A stretch of DNA of 64,000 nucleotides from IMG/VR virus record IMGVR_UViG_3300046694_000619; one strand, given 5' to 3'. Within the stretch, counting starts at the first letter, position 1, and each line of letters begins with the position of its first letter. This stretch comes from a virus. Its lineage: Duplodnaviria > Caudoviricetes. This document shows, piece after piece, positions 44,471-55,009 of the stretch. The position numbers were made by a program, and so were the translations under genes. Under the pieces are notes generated by a model. It worked only from the letters and a program-made list of their open reading frames with translations. It was not told where the DNA came from and did not search any database.

Positions 44471-47400
44471 TCAGTGAAAATCGCGGCTGTGAGTCGACAG
44501 GTCGCCTAGCAGGTGGGACATGTCGACGAGGCGCTGGGCAATCAGGTGCCGCACGCCACCTTCACTCTGCCAGGTCCCATACACCGCGAGAAGCGAAGCG
44601 CCTAGCGCCTCCTTGCGATGTCGTTCGAGCACCGACTGCCACACAATCACGTTCACGTTGCCCGTCTCGTCCTCGAGCGTCACGAACATCACGCCGTTTG
44701 CCGTGCCCGGCCGCTGCCGCCCGACAACCAGTCCGCACCCGCGCGCGAGCCGGTTGTTCGGATACCTCGCAAGCGTCGACGCGGGCATCAGCCTATGCTC
44801 GCGCAACGCAGGTCGGAGCAGGGCAAGCGGATGCCGGCCAAGCGTGAGTCCCGTCGACTGGTAGTCGCTCACGATGTCGTCGACTTCCGACGGCGCGCCA
44901 AGCTCAGGTGTCGCGTCATCAACGCCTGCACCGGCCAGGATGTCCTTGTCGGGGATGGCCGCTGCAGATTGCCACAAGGCTTCGCGCCGGTTCCCCGCGA
45001 GGGAGGCCAGCGCGTTGGCCGCGGCCAACACCTGAAGGTCGTGGCGGTCGAGTTGCGCGCGCCGCGCCAGGTCGCTTACGGAAGAGAACTGCCTGACTGC
45101 GCGAGCATTCTCAATGCGCTCCGACGCGCCGTCGCGCATGCCGCGCAACAGCGACAGCCCGAGCCGAACCACTGGCCTTGGCTGCCCATCCGGATGCTCA
45201 AGCACGGAGTCCCAGGCGCTTATCGTGACGTCGACCGGCGCCACCCTCACGCCGTGACGCTTTGCATCCTGCACGAGTTGCGAGGGCGAATAGAACCCCA
45301 TCGGTTGGGAGTTCAGCATCGCAGCAAGGAACGCCGCAGGCTCGTGGCGTTTGAGCCAGCTGCTCGCATAGACAAGTAACGCAAAGCTCGCGGCATGGCT
45401 TTCGGGAAAGCCGTACTCTCCGAAACCCTTGATTTGCTCGAAGATGCCGTCGGCGAAGCTGCGCTCATAGCCGCGCGCGAGCATCCCGTTCACTATGCGG
45501 TCGTAGTATTTTTCAAGTCCGCCTTTACGTTTCCACGCGGCCATCGCGCGCCGGAGCTGGTCCGCTTCACCCGGCGAGAAGCCCGCGGCAAGGATGGCGA
45601 CCTGCATTACCTGCTCCTGGAAAATCGGCACGCCCAGCGTTCGGCCCAGCGCGGTCTCCAGGTCCGCACTCGGATAGCTTACCGGCTCAATACCCTGGCG
45701 CCGGCGAAGATATGGATGCACCGCGCCGCCCTGAATCGGACCGGGTCGCACGAGCGCGACCTCAATCACAAGGTCGTAGAAGGTCTTCGGCTTCAGCCGC
45801 GGGAGCATCGACATCTGCGCGCGCGACTCGATTTGAAAAACGCCCACGGTATCTGCGCGGGAAATCATGTCGTAGGTCGCCTTGTCCTCGACCGGAATAT
45901 CCTGCATCTCGAAGCGCTCGCCGCGCTCCTCGGACACGATGTCGAGTGTGCGCCGGATGGCTGACAGCATTCCGAGCGCAAGGATGTCGACCTTCAGCAG
46001 CCCGAGCGCCTCGAGGTCGTCCTTGTCCCATTGAATCGCGCTGCGCCCCGTCATCGCTGCATTTTCAATGGGGACCAGGCGCGTGAGCTTGCCGCGGCTG
46101 ATAACGAATCCACCCGAGTGCTGCGAGAGATGACGCGGGAAATTCAGTATCTGGCCGGCGAGCGACGCCCACGCCGCAATCAACGGATTCTCTGGGTCCA
46201 GGCCCGATTCCGCAAAACGGTTGAGCAGGTCGTGACTGCTATCGAACCATTGATGATTTTTGGCGACACGGTCAACGATTTGCGGGTCGATGCCGAGCGC
46301 CTTCCCGGTTTCGCGCAGCGCACCTCGCGGTCGATATGTGTGCACGGCCGCCGCGATGGCGGCGCGATTGCGGCCGTACTTTTCATAGATGTACTGGATG
46401 ACGATTTCACGTTTTTGATGCTCGAAATCGACGTCTATGTCGGGCGGCTCGTTTCGCTCAGGGCTCAGGAATCGCTCGAACAACATGGAGCTGCGCGAGG
46501 GGTCAACTTCGGTCACGCCCAGGCAATAACAGACCGCAGAATTGGCGGCGGAGCCGCGTCCCTGGCAAAGGATGTGCTCGCTGCGAGCGAACCGAACGAT
46601 GTCGTAAACCGTCAGGAAATACGGCTCGAAATTCAGTTGCCGGATTATCTTCAGCTCGTGCTCAATCTGCTCCTGCACTGCATGCGGGATACCGTTTGGA
46701 AAGCGGCGATGCGCGCCGATGTACGTCTCCTGACGCAGATAGTCTTCGTGTGTGATGCCGGGCGGCACAAGTTCGTCGGGATACTCGTAGCGAAGCTCAT
46801 CCAGTGAGAACGTACAGCGCTCGAGGATGCTGAGCGTCTCTGACAGCGTGTGCTCCGGATACAGGTTGGCCAGCCGCAGACGGGACCGCAGATGCTGCTC
46901 GGCGTTCGGCGCGAGGTCATAGCCACACTCGGCAATAGGCCTGCCGACGCGTATGGCCGTCATCGTGTCCTGCAACGGCTTCCTCGAGCGCACATGCATG
47001 ACGACCTTTCCCGTGGCCACCACGGGAACCCGATACCGGTCGGCAATGTGTTCGACGATGCCGCGATGAATGTCATCCATCGCGCGCTGGTGCAATGTGA
47101 GTCCGACGTAAGCACGCGTGGGAAACGTCTCGTTCATCCACTCGAGCTGCGCCGCGAGCGCGGCCTCCTTTGCCGGGAAGTCGGGCACGAGGATGGCGAG
47201 GCAGTCGGGCATGCCGCGCAGGTGCGCATAGTCAGGCTCCGGCCGTGCGATGTCCTGTGGCGTGAGCAGGTAGCTGCCTTTCTCCGCACGCATGCGACCG
47301 AGCGTGATGAACTCCGACAGATTGCCGTAGCCTTCACGATTCTGCGCAAGCAGAATCAGACCGAAAGCGGGGCGTTTGTCTGCATGTACCAGCTCGAAGT

Positions 47401-47620
47401 ACGCGCCGATGATGAGTGGCAGCTTCTCTTCTTTGGCCTGAACATGTGCGCGCACCACGCCGGCGAGCGAACACTCGTCGGTGATGGCGAGGCCCGCATA
47501 TCCGAGTTGCGCCGCGCGCGCGACCAGCTCCTCCCCGCGTGACGCGCCGTGAAGGAACGTGAAATTCGAGAACGCGAACAGCTCCGCGTATTCGGGCAGG
47601 ACGGAGAACGGCGTATCCAT
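44471..47620 (-). CDS. dnaE2: Error-prone DNA polymerase DnaE2
   Basis: YAELFAFSNFTFL.GAS, GRGSAANS, PPDIDVDFEH, FPRHLSQHSGG, YGFPESHA, C-terminal SRDFH. Confidence 0.97.
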   Translation of the reverse strand: MDTPFSVLPEYAELFAFSNFTFLHGASRGEELVARAAQLGYAGLAITDECSLAGVVRAHVQAKEEKLPLIIGAYFELVHADKRPAFGLILLAQNREGYGNLSEFITLGRMRAEKGSYLLTPQDIARPEPDYAHLRGMPDCLAILVPDFPAKEAALAAQLEWMNETFPTRAYVGLTLHQRAMDDIHRGIVEHIADRYRVPVVATGKVVMHVRSRKPLQDTMTAIRVGRPIAECGYDLAPNAEQHLRSRLRLANLYPEHTLSETLSILERCTFSLDELRYEYPDELVPPGITHEDYLRQETYIGAHRRFPNGIPHAVQEQIEHELKIIRQLNFEPYFLTVYDIVRFARSEHILCQGRGSAANSAVCYCLGVTEVDPSRSSMLFERFLSPERNEPPDIDVDFEHQKREIVIQYIYEKYGRNRAAIAAAVHTYRPRGALRETGKALGIDPQIVDRVAKNHQWFDSSHDLLNRFAESGLDPENPLIAAWASLAGQILNFPRHLSQHSGGFVISRGKLTRLVPIENAAMTGRSAIQWDKDDLEALGLLKVDILALGMLSAIRRTLDIVSEERGERFEMQDIPVEDKATYDMISRADTVGVFQIESRAQMSMLPRLKPKTFYDLVIEVALVRPGPIQGGAVHPYLRRRQGIEPVSYPSADLETALGRTLGVPIFQEQVMQVAILAAGFSPGEADQLRRAMAAWKRKGGLEKYYDRIVNGMLARGYERSFADGIFEQIKGFGEYGFPESHAASFALLVYASSWLKRHEPAAFLAAMLNSQPMGFYSPSQLVQDAKRHGVRVAPVDVTISAWDSVLEHPDGQPRPVVRLGLSLLRGMRDGASERIENARAVRQFSSVSDLARRAQLDRHDLQVLAAANALASLAGNRREALWQSAAAIPDKDILAGAGVDDATPELGAPSEVDDIVSDYQSTGLTLGRHPLALLRPALREHRLMPASTLARYPNNRLARGCGLVVGRQRPGTANGVMFVTLEDETGNVNVIVWQSVLERHRKEALGASLLAVYGTWQSEGGVRHLIAQRLVDMSHLLGDLSTHSRDFH

Positions 47621-47635
47621 GGCGACTGCCTGACC

Positions 47636-49099
47636 TTACCCGAACATGCCGTGCAGGAACCAGCGCACTTCTTCAGACGTCGCGCTTGGCCGCTCCCGGT
47701 AAATCCAGTAGCAGCTCTTGTCCGTTGCTTCTGCGACGTAATAGTCGCGTGCCGTCTGCCCGCCATCGAACCAGCCGCCTTCAATGCGCTCAGCGGTCGA
47801 GACGAGCTTCAACGGCGACCCGTAAAAAGGCCGATGCTGTTTGACCATCAGACGGATGGGTGTTTCGAGCAGCCAGGACGGACGCGGCAATTCGGAGGGT
47901 GGCGGCGCGAGCTTTACTGACTCCTGCACGGAGACCCAGCGGTTAGCGTTCTCCGGTCGATGGTCCGAGGTCGGAGCAGGGCGCAAGACGTTCTCGGCGC
48001 CGAGCCGCGCGACGAGTAGCTCGAGCAGCCGGTTGTGGTCTTCGCTTGAACCACCCGGGTCTGGAAAGAGGTCGTCTGAAGGCGGCTCCGCCGCTTGCAC
48101 TTTCGTCGCGCTCAACCGCACGGCAATCACAGCGGCGTCCAGCTCGATACGGCCCAGCCGTTCCTTGAGCAACCGCACCAGATGCTCTTCGTGCCATGTT
48201 GGCTCAGCAAGCGCGATTTCGACGGCGGTCGGGTCAATTGCGTCCCGGCCTCGCTCGTGCTCGAGCAGCACCGTCGCATGCGTGAGTGCGAGCTGCTGCG
48301 CGCTTAGCCACCCGCAAAGCTGGACCACGAGGCGGCGCGCCGAGAAGAGTATCGCTTCTGCGTGTTCGACCCGGTCGGGAAGCTCAACGCGCGCGCTGAA
48401 GGTCGGCGGCAATTCCAGCCACTCGTACACCTCGGGCGAAAGCCCATAGGCTCTATCCAGCGAATCCAGCAGGTCCACGCCGCACCTTTTCTTCAAACCC
48501 GCACGCGGCAGCCGGCGGATGTCATTGAGCACCTGGCACCCGAGTCCGGTGAACCAGTCGGAAAACCTGCGCACCTCAGGCACGACAGGATAGGGAAGTT
48601 GGTCCAGCACGCGCTCGAGGGAGGACATCTTGAGCACGCGCCGCCGGCCGCGCTTGGCCAGCAACCACGAACCCTGGCCGGTTGGCGCCACGCTCATACA
48701 CATCGTCACGCCTACGGCGGCGACAACCTGACGAATCAGATGGCAGATACGCAGCACGCCGCCGAAGAGTCGCAGGCTTGCCGAGACGTCGACGATGACC
48801 GTGTCCTCTTCCCGAACGCAGACCATCGGCGAGAACCGCATCAACGCTACGGCGACCTCACACAGCATGTTTTGCTCTCGGCCGGCATCCCGTTCATATG
48901 CCAGCGCGGCTGGCGCAAGTGTAAGGACCCCTCCGCGCTTCATGCCCATCACCACACCCGCGTCTTTGGCTACCGCGTCCGCGATGACAACCTTGTCCCT
49001 GTCCAGTACGACGCAGCCGTTTTCCGTCCTAGGCGACCACCTCGGACGGAACACCTCCAGCGAGAGCCGGGGCAGGTGTACGGCGACGAATACGGCCAT
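47636..49099 (-). CDS. imuB: ImuB (Y-family polymerase-like)
   Basis: VDVSASLRLFGG, RLPRAGL, L.ARLG...V, RPSWLL, ERIEGGWFD...RDYY, W.LHG.F. Confidence 0.95.
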   Translation of the reverse strand: MAVFVAVHLPRLSLEVFRPRWSPRTENGCVVLDRDKVVIADAVAKDAGVVMGMKRGGVLTLAPAALAYERDAGREQNMLCEVAVALMRFSPMVCVREEDTVIVDVSASLRLFGGVLRICHLIRQVVAAVGVTMCMSVAPTGQGSWLLAKRGRRRVLKMSSLERVLDQLPYPVVPEVRRFSDWFTGLGCQVLNDIRRLPRAGLKKRCGVDLLDSLDRAYGLSPEVYEWLELPPTFSARVELPDRVEHAEAILFSARRLVVQLCGWLSAQQLALTHATVLLEHERGRDAIDPTAVEIALAEPTWHEEHLVRLLKERLGRIELDAAVIAVRLSATKVQAAEPPSDDLFPDPGGSSEDHNRLLELLVARLGAENVLRPAPTSDHRPENANRWVSVQESVKLAPPPSELPRPSWLLETPIRLMVKQHRPFYGSPLKLVSTAERIEGGWFDGGQTARDYYVAEATDKSCYWIYRERPSATSEEVRWFLHGMFG

Positions 49100-49736
49100 A
49101 AGGGCTTAGCAGAGTGGGTGAAGGGTGCAGGGTGACGGAAACCGGCTCGATTCGGTCCGGGCCTCGCCGTTTGATGACATCGACGACGACACCGCCCGCG
49201 GAAGACCGCAGCCCGAGTCTCAGTGCAGCAGGAGAAGCGTCTGCGGCATTGGCCAGCGGCCTGACGAGGAAGAAGAGTGTCTCGGTCGCCTGCGCAGCCA
49301 GGTGTAACCGTCGCAGGGCATCTGTGCGGATGTGCTGCTGCCAAAGCAAGAGCGCGCCGCAACTTCGCGCGCGCAGGATTTGCTCCGCGCTCCATAGAGC
49401 GTCCGCGGTTGTCTTCGTCCGCACCCACATGAGCTTCTCGAGCGGCAGGCCCAGAAACGAGAAAGCCAGCGCGTTGGGTACATGCGGGGGCTGCAACAGC
49501 GCGATAGGCCGCTTGCTGACGTCAACCAGCGCCGGCTGCAACAGCCGGAGTTCGCCGACGCCGGGTTGCTGAACCAGCAACTCGACCAGCGCCGCGACCG
49601 GCCAGCCGCCGCCGGGCAACTCGCTCGAGAGTGCCGCGTATCCGGTGTCGACAGTCTTTCCCTGCGGACGCGCGAGTTGCGCCCCGCGCCAAAGCGCTGG
49701 GTGAATCGACTCGACTTCCTTCGGCAGGGCTGACAT
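49029..49736 (-). CDS. imuA: ImuA
   Basis: HPALWRG.QL, TGYAAL..ELPGGGWP, GVGELRLLQPAL, LRRLHLAA, ASPAALRL, KRRG. Confidence 0.93.
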   Translation of the reverse strand: MSALPKEVESIHPALWRGAQLARPQGKTVDTGYAALSSELPGGGWPVAALVELLVQQPGVGELRLLQPALVDVSKRPIALLQPPHVPNALAFSFLGLPLEKLMWVRTKTTADALWSAEQILRARSCGALLLWQQHIRTDALRRLHLAAQATETLFFLVRPLANAADASPAALRLGLRSSAGGVVVDVIKRRGPDRIEPVSVTLHPSPTLLSPYGRIRRRTPAPALAGGVPSEVVA

Positions 49737-49748
49737 GGTGGCTGAGTA

Positions 49749-49764
49749 CTGTATGCATGTACAG
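49749..49764. promoter_or_regulatory. LexA (SOS) box
   Basis: CTGT-ATGCATGT-ACAG, 13 nt upstream of imuA. Confidence 0.9.
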
Positions 49765-50021
49765 TGATTGTACTCCACAACGACACACCGCCTGGAGACC
49801 AGGGTTTACGCGGACTGCCCAGAGGGGTGCCGCGACCGCTTCGCCGGCCCAACTGAAATGACTGACCATACGGGTATGAAGTCTGCTGGGTGCGGACGAC
49901 GTGCAATCGCGCCGCCACCAGGCGCGCCGCCCGTGGTGGTAAGCTCGAAAATCCAGCAAGGGTTCCGGCCAGCTGCCTGGAGCCCCGCATAAGGCCCCCG
50001 CCGGCCTGCGAGGAGAAGCAT

Positions 50022-50936
50022 ATGGCTGCTCGTACTATCGCAACGTTGTCCCTCTCTTTCGGGCTTGTGTCCATCCCGGTGCGGCTCTATAGCGCCACCG
50101 AGAGCGATAAGGACATCAAGTTCAATCTGCTCGCACCCGACGGGTCGCGCCTCGAGCAGCAGTACGTTTCGAAGAGCAGCGGGAAGAAGGTAGAACGCGC
50201 GGAGATGAAAAAGGGGTACGAGTTTGAAAAGGACCAGTACGTCGTTTTCACTCCGGATGAATTGAAGGCCCTGGAAGAAAGTCCCACGCACATCGTCGAA
50301 ATTCTCGCGTTTCTGCCCGATAAGGCGGTTGACCCAATCTACTACGATAAGGCCTACTTCATCGCCCCCGACAAGCGCGGCGCGAAGCCTTATAGCCTGC
50401 TTCAGGATGCCTTGCTGGAGAGCCATCGCTGCGCACTCGCAAGCTGGAACACGAAAGGCAAGACGCACCTGGTTCAGGTCCGCGCGACCGAAGACGGGCT
50501 GGTTTTCCAGCAGCTGCTATGGGGCGACGCGGTGCGGTCGCAGAAAGACCTTCACATCGAGCACGTTTCCGTATCCGATGCCGAGTTGCAACTCGCGCTC
50601 AAAATAATCGAGCAGGGCGCCGCCGAGGCCTACGACCCCAGCCAGTACGAGAATGAGGAAAAGAAGCGCGTGCTTGCGGCCATCGACGCGAAGATTGAAG
50701 GCAAGCAGATTGTGACGCCGAAGGGCGAAACGGAAGCCGAGGGCGGGCAGGTCATTGACCTGATGGAAGCACTTCGAGCGAGTCTTTCGCGTGGCGGCAA
50801 GACAAAGACGCCCGCTACAAAGACTGCGGAGCCCGCGCCGGTCGCTACCATGCCGGCCAAGCCGCGTAAAACCGCCAAGCGCGCGGAAAGCACGCCTGCG
50901 GCCGCACCCGCGCCGGCGAAAAGGGCTCGTCGGTGA
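50022..50936 (+). CDS. ku: NHEJ protein Ku
   Basis: LSFGLVSIPVRLYSAT, KGYE, VDPIYYDKAYF.APD, VIDLMEALRASL, basic tail; AGGAG RBS. Confidence 0.95.
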   Translation: MAARTIATLSLSFGLVSIPVRLYSATESDKDIKFNLLAPDGSRLEQQYVSKSSGKKVERAEMKKGYEFEKDQYVVFTPDELKALEESPTHIVEILAFLPDKAVDPIYYDKAYFIAPDKRGAKPYSLLQDALLESHRCALASWNTKGKTHLVQVRATEDGLVFQQLLWGDAVRSQKDLHIEHVSVSDAELQLALKIIEQGAAEAYDPSQYENEEKKRVLAAIDAKIEGKQIVTPKGETEAEGGQVIDLMEALRASLSRGGKTKTPATKTAEPAPVATMPAKPRKTAKRAESTPAAAPAPAKRARR

Positions 50937-51880
50937 CCCGTCGGCATCCGGTGCACGGCTATTCGCTGCGAGACCTTCAGTCGCTTCTGGGCGTTTCGCG
51001 TCGAGTGCTGTCTGGCCTGGTTGCCGCGGGTTTCATTGCGCCATCGCGCGGCCGGCGCAACGAGCTTCGCTTTAATTTCCGGGACGTGGTGCTCCTTCGC
51101 ACCGCATTGAGTCTTCAGACGGCCAAAATCCCATCGCGGCGCATCCTGCAGGCACTGACGAAGCTCAGAAAGGAAATGCCCGATGAAGCGCCGCTGTCAG
51201 GATTGCGGCTCAGTGCCGTCGGCTCCGCAGTCGCGGTCCGCACGGGCCCGACACAGTGGGATGCAAGTTCGGGGCAACTGCTGCTCGACTTCGGTGAGCC
51301 CGACGTTCAGAGCGACATCACGTTCATGGAGAGCGCACAGGCAAGCCTCCGGGCCCGCGAGACGCAGGCTGATGCGTGGTTCACGCTGGCCGAGCAGCTC
51401 CAAGAAACGGACCCGGTCGGCGCGGAAAGCGCGTACAGGAAAGTGCTCGAACTCTCGCCCGAGCCGCACTATCAGGCGTTCAACAACCTGGGCGCGCTGC
51501 TTTCGCAAGACGAGTCTCGCTGTGCGGACGCGCTGCGAGTCTTCGAGGATGCGCTTGAGCACTTCGGTAACGAGGAACTGCTGCACTACAACCGCGCGGT
51601 GCAGCTCGAAAATCTCAATCGGTTGGAAGATGCGGCAGCGAGCTATCTGCGCTGCGTGCAGCTTAATGCACACAATGACGATGCAGTGTTTAATCGAGCA
51701 ACGATTCTCGAGGAGCTAGGCCAGGTTGATGAAGCCGCTGAAGGATATGTGCAGGCCCTTCGGCTTAACCCTGCCCATGAAGAGGCAATGCATAGGCTTG
51801 AGCAACTGATTGGAAAGCTCAAGGGCAATACACAGTCAGTTATCCGGCACCTCAGCGCGCTGCGGCGCTCGAACGCTTAA
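50933..51880 (+). CDS. MerR-like HTH + TPR protein
   Basis: YSLRDLQSLLG...RFNFRDVVLLR; TPR repeats (NNLGALL, HYNRA, FNRA). Confidence 0.8.
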   Translation: MTRRHPVHGYSLRDLQSLLGVSRRVLSGLVAAGFIAPSRGRRNELRFNFRDVVLLRTALSLQTAKIPSRRILQALTKLRKEMPDEAPLSGLRLSAVGSAVAVRTGPTQWDASSGQLLLDFGEPDVQSDITFMESAQASLRARETQADAWFTLAEQLQETDPVGAESAYRKVLELSPEPHYQAFNNLGALLSQDESRCADALRVFEDALEHFGNEELLHYNRAVQLENLNRLEDAAASYLRCVQLNAHNDDAVFNRATILEELGQVDEAAEGYVQALRLNPAHEEAMHRLEQLIGKLKGNTQSVIRHLSALRRSNA

Positions 51881-51903
51881 CGAAGCCGTTCAGGAGAAGA
51901 GCG

Positions 51904-52617
51904 ATGCTCGACGTAGCGATGTATCTGGAGGCTGTCGGAAAGATTGCTGACCGAATCATCCAGCTCTCAAAGCGCCGAGAAGAGCTTCGGCGAAGCGACT
52001 ACCTGGACTTCGTGGCGCCCATCATGGTGGATTTGGATGCGGTCCACAAAGACTATCTGGATAGCTTTCGCCGCTATCAAGTGTTACTCGACGATTCGTC
52101 TCATCGGATTACAAGCAAACATCCGATTTTCGATGCAATGGCAAACGACAACCTTCTTTCAGAGAACCTGCGAGAGCGACTCTACGAACCAGACACGCGG
52201 CTCTACCCTAAAAGCTTCCTTGATAAGCGCAGCGATTTGACTGAGATTTGGTTGGCCATTGTTTTATATCTTGACGGCTGGCAGAGCAACCCGGAAGCTC
52301 AGATTGACGCAATCATTCAAATGTTGCAATCAAGGCGACGAATCATCACTCCGGCAGCAGCGACCTTGCTCCAGGCGAGAAAGGCAGCTATCGAGGCAAA
52401 ATGGAATGAAGAGGACCGCAAGGGCGGTTGGCAAAATATCCGCGCAGCAGCTGCAATCAGCATGCTAGAGCTGGAGGACCTCAACTTGGCTGAAAAGAAA
52501 AAACGAGAATTGGCGAAGCTGATTTTGACCGAAGATGTGAGCCGGCTGCAGCGCAAATACGCGGCCGCGCTTAAGGCCCATAACCAGATAAAATTCAGCT
52601 TGCTGACTTCTCATTGA
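51904..52617 (+). CDS. Hypothetical helical protein, lower GC
   Basis: AGGAG RBS; inserted between the TPR gene and ligD. Confidence 0.65.
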   Translation: MLDVAMYLEAVGKIADRIIQLSKRREELRRSDYLDFVAPIMVDLDAVHKDYLDSFRRYQVLLDDSSHRITSKHPIFDAMANDNLLSENLRERLYEPDTRLYPKSFLDKRSDLTEIWLAIVLYLDGWQSNPEAQIDAIIQMLQSRRRIITPAAATLLQARKAAIEAKWNEEDRKGGWQNIRAAAAISMLELEDLNLAEKKKRELAKLILTEDVSRLQRKYAAALKAHNQIKFSLLTSH

Positions 52618-52618
52618 C

Positions 52619-54544
52619 GTGCCGACTTCTTTGAAATTGAAAATTGGTCATCGCGATGTCAGGGAAGCTGGAGTAATTCCCCAGACCATCCCTCCTCAAC
52701 TCGCCACCGCGGCCAAGCAGCCGCCCGCACAAGGCAACTGGTTCTATCAAATAAAATTCGACGGATTTAGGATGATGACCCGTATCGCGCGCGGGGACAT
52801 CAGACTCATCACGAAGGGCGGACACGACTGGGCGGACAGGATACCCAGGCTCCAGCAGGCACTTGCTCAGTTGCCCGTCGACGAGCTCTGGCTCGACGGA
52901 GAAGCCGTGGTGCTTAATGCAGCGGGCCGCCCGGACTTTGGTGCCCTGCAGAACGCATTCGACCGGCGCAGCACCTCAGACATCATCCTCTTCGTATTCG
53001 ACATCCTGTGGCTGAATGGCGTCGACCTGCGGCCGCTGCCGTTGCGCGAGCGCCGACGCAAACTCGAAGAGTTGCTTGGCCCCTACGAGGGTCCGTTGCT
53101 ACGCGTCGCCGAGGTGTTCCCACATGATGCGCACTCGTTGCTTGCTTCCGCCCGCCAGATGCAGCTCGAAGGCATCATGGCCAAGCGCGCCGACGCGCCA
53201 TACCGGTCGGGCCGCGGGACCGACTGGCTGAAATTGAAGTGCAATCTGCGACAGGAGTTCGTGATTGGCGGCTTCACGCGCCCGCGCGGCGCGAAAGCTG
53301 GCGTGCGCTCGCTCCTGCTCGGCGTGTATGAGCTGGATGGCTCCCTTCGCTACGCCGGCAGCGTGCAGCCTCATCTTTCACCTGCGAAGGCGGCGGCATT
53401 CTATGGCCAGGCGGTACAACTCGCCCAGCGCGCGCCGCCGTTTGCCCGGGAGCCGAAGCTGGAACGCGGTCGCGACTACTACTGGGTCCAGCCAGAGCTC
53501 GTCTGTGAGGTCTCCTTTCTCGAATGGACGCGCGGCGGAGAAATCCGGCACGCGAGTTTCCATGCGTTGCGCACCGATAAGCCCGCGCGCGAGGTCTCCG
53601 CTGAAATCGCGATTGACGTCGATGATGAGGCTCCCGTCGAGGCTACTCGAGGTGCACCTGTCGTACGCGGCATCCGCATCAGCAACCCGGAACGCATCGT
53701 CGACACAAGCGCAGGCCATACGAAGCTCGAGGTCGCACGCTATTACGACGCCATCGCGGAATGGGCACTGCCATATCTGCGCAACCGGCCGCTCTCGCTA
53801 GTGCGCGCGCCGGACGGCATCAGTGGCGAATTGTTCTTTCAGAAGCATGCCGAGCAGTCGAAGATTCCCGGCGTCGAGGAGCTGCCGGCGGGCCTGCATC
53901 CAGGCCACGCGCCACTGTTGGTCGCTAACAGCCAGCGCGCGCTTGTCGGCCTGGCCCAGATGGGCGTCGTCGAGCTGCACACGTGGAATGCCGCAGCTCC
54001 GGACCTTGTCCATCCGGACCGCGTCGTATTCGATTTGGACCCAGACCCCGCATTGTCGTGGCAGACCATGCTCGAGGCGGCGCAACTGCTCAAGCTGGTG
54101 CTCGACGAGCTCGGGCTCGCGTCGTTCGTGAAGACAAGCGGCGGCAAGGGGCTGCACATCATCGTGCCGCTCACGCAGAAGCAGGGGTGGGATGAGGTGA
54201 AGGCGTTTTCAAAGGCCGTCGCGCAGCATCTTGCGAAAGTACTGCCTACTCGCTTCTCTGCGGTCTCGGGACCAAAGAATCGCGTTGGCAAGATATTCGT
54301 CGACTACCTGCGCAATTCGAAGGGCGCTACGTCAGTTGCCGCGTTCTCAGTAAGAGCGCGACCAGGGATGGGCGTGTCAATGCCGGTGTCGTGGGATGAG
54401 GTTGCTTCGCTCAAAAGCGCCGACCAGTGGACCATGCAGTCCGCAGTCGAGCGTCAGCTGCGATTAGGCGGCGACGTCTGGACTGGGTACGCCGACGTGC
54501 GTCAGGGAATCACGGCGGCCATGCGACGCGCGCTAATCGCCTAG
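52619..54544 (+). CDS. ligD: LigD (ligase + primase-polymerase), no phosphoesterase domain
   Basis: IKFDGFR, LDGE, FDILWLNG, EGIMAKR, WLKLKC; FFQKH, FDLDP, KTSGGKGLH, IFVDYLRN. Confidence 0.92.
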   Translation: MPTSLKLKIGHRDVREAGVIPQTIPPQLATAAKQPPAQGNWFYQIKFDGFRMMTRIARGDIRLITKGGHDWADRIPRLQQALAQLPVDELWLDGEAVVLNAAGRPDFGALQNAFDRRSTSDIILFVFDILWLNGVDLRPLPLRERRRKLEELLGPYEGPLLRVAEVFPHDAHSLLASARQMQLEGIMAKRADAPYRSGRGTDWLKLKCNLRQEFVIGGFTRPRGAKAGVRSLLLGVYELDGSLRYAGSVQPHLSPAKAAAFYGQAVQLAQRAPPFAREPKLERGRDYYWVQPELVCEVSFLEWTRGGEIRHASFHALRTDKPAREVSAEIAIDVDDEAPVEATRGAPVVRGIRISNPERIVDTSAGHTKLEVARYYDAIAEWALPYLRNRPLSLVRAPDGISGELFFQKHAEQSKIPGVEELPAGLHPGHAPLLVANSQRALVGLAQMGVVELHTWNAAAPDLVHPDRVVFDLDPDPALSWQTMLEAAQLLKLVLDELGLASFVKTSGGKGLHIIVPLTQKQGWDEVKAFSKAVAQHLAKVLPTRFSAVSGPKNRVGKIFVDYLRNSKGATSVAAFSVRARPGMGVSMPVSWDEVASLKSADQWTMQSAVERQLRLGGDVWTGYADVRQGITAAMRRALIA

Positions 54545-54553
54545 CTGCGGAGG

Positions 54554-55009
54554 CTAGTTTGGAGCACGAGACTGAACGCTGAAGTACATGCGCGTGTACT
54601 TGCCCGCCGTGAATTTCCAACGCTCCTCTTGGTCGGACCCAGCATTTCCGCCAATGATAGTTATCGTTGGATGCTGGGCGTTCGACCGGCTGGTCCGAAT
54701 GACGTAGCCGGCCGCTTCAAACAGGACTTTCGGAATCGGACCGGACGTAACTATCCATACAGGAGCGGTAGCACTTCCCCAGCATGTCGAGCTTGTCGTG
54801 ACCGCATCAAGCCCCGCGTCGAGCGGATGCCGCTGGAGTGGTTTGCAGTCCACGTCACCAGGAAGCTGAGCATATTTCTGAATGAGATTGCTGAGATATG
54901 GTGACGCGGGCTGCCAATCCTTGCTTTCAACAGAAATTTCAGCGGCCAGGGTAAGCGATGCGCAACCCAGAAGGCCGAGAGCCAACGAGGCTCGAACGAA
55001 TTTCATCAT
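54554..55009 (-). CDS. Secreted protein (paralogue A)
   Basis: Signal peptide; EISVESKDW..ASP, two Cys, APVWIV, EERW. Confidence 0.65.
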   Translation of the reverse strand: MMKFVRASLALGLLGCASLTLAAEISVESKDWQPASPYLSNLIQKYAQLPGDVDCKPLQRHPLDAGLDAVTTSSTCWGSATAPVWIVTSGPIPKVLFEAAGYVIRTSRSNAQHPTITIIGGNAGSDQEERWKFTAGKYTRMYFSVQSRAPN

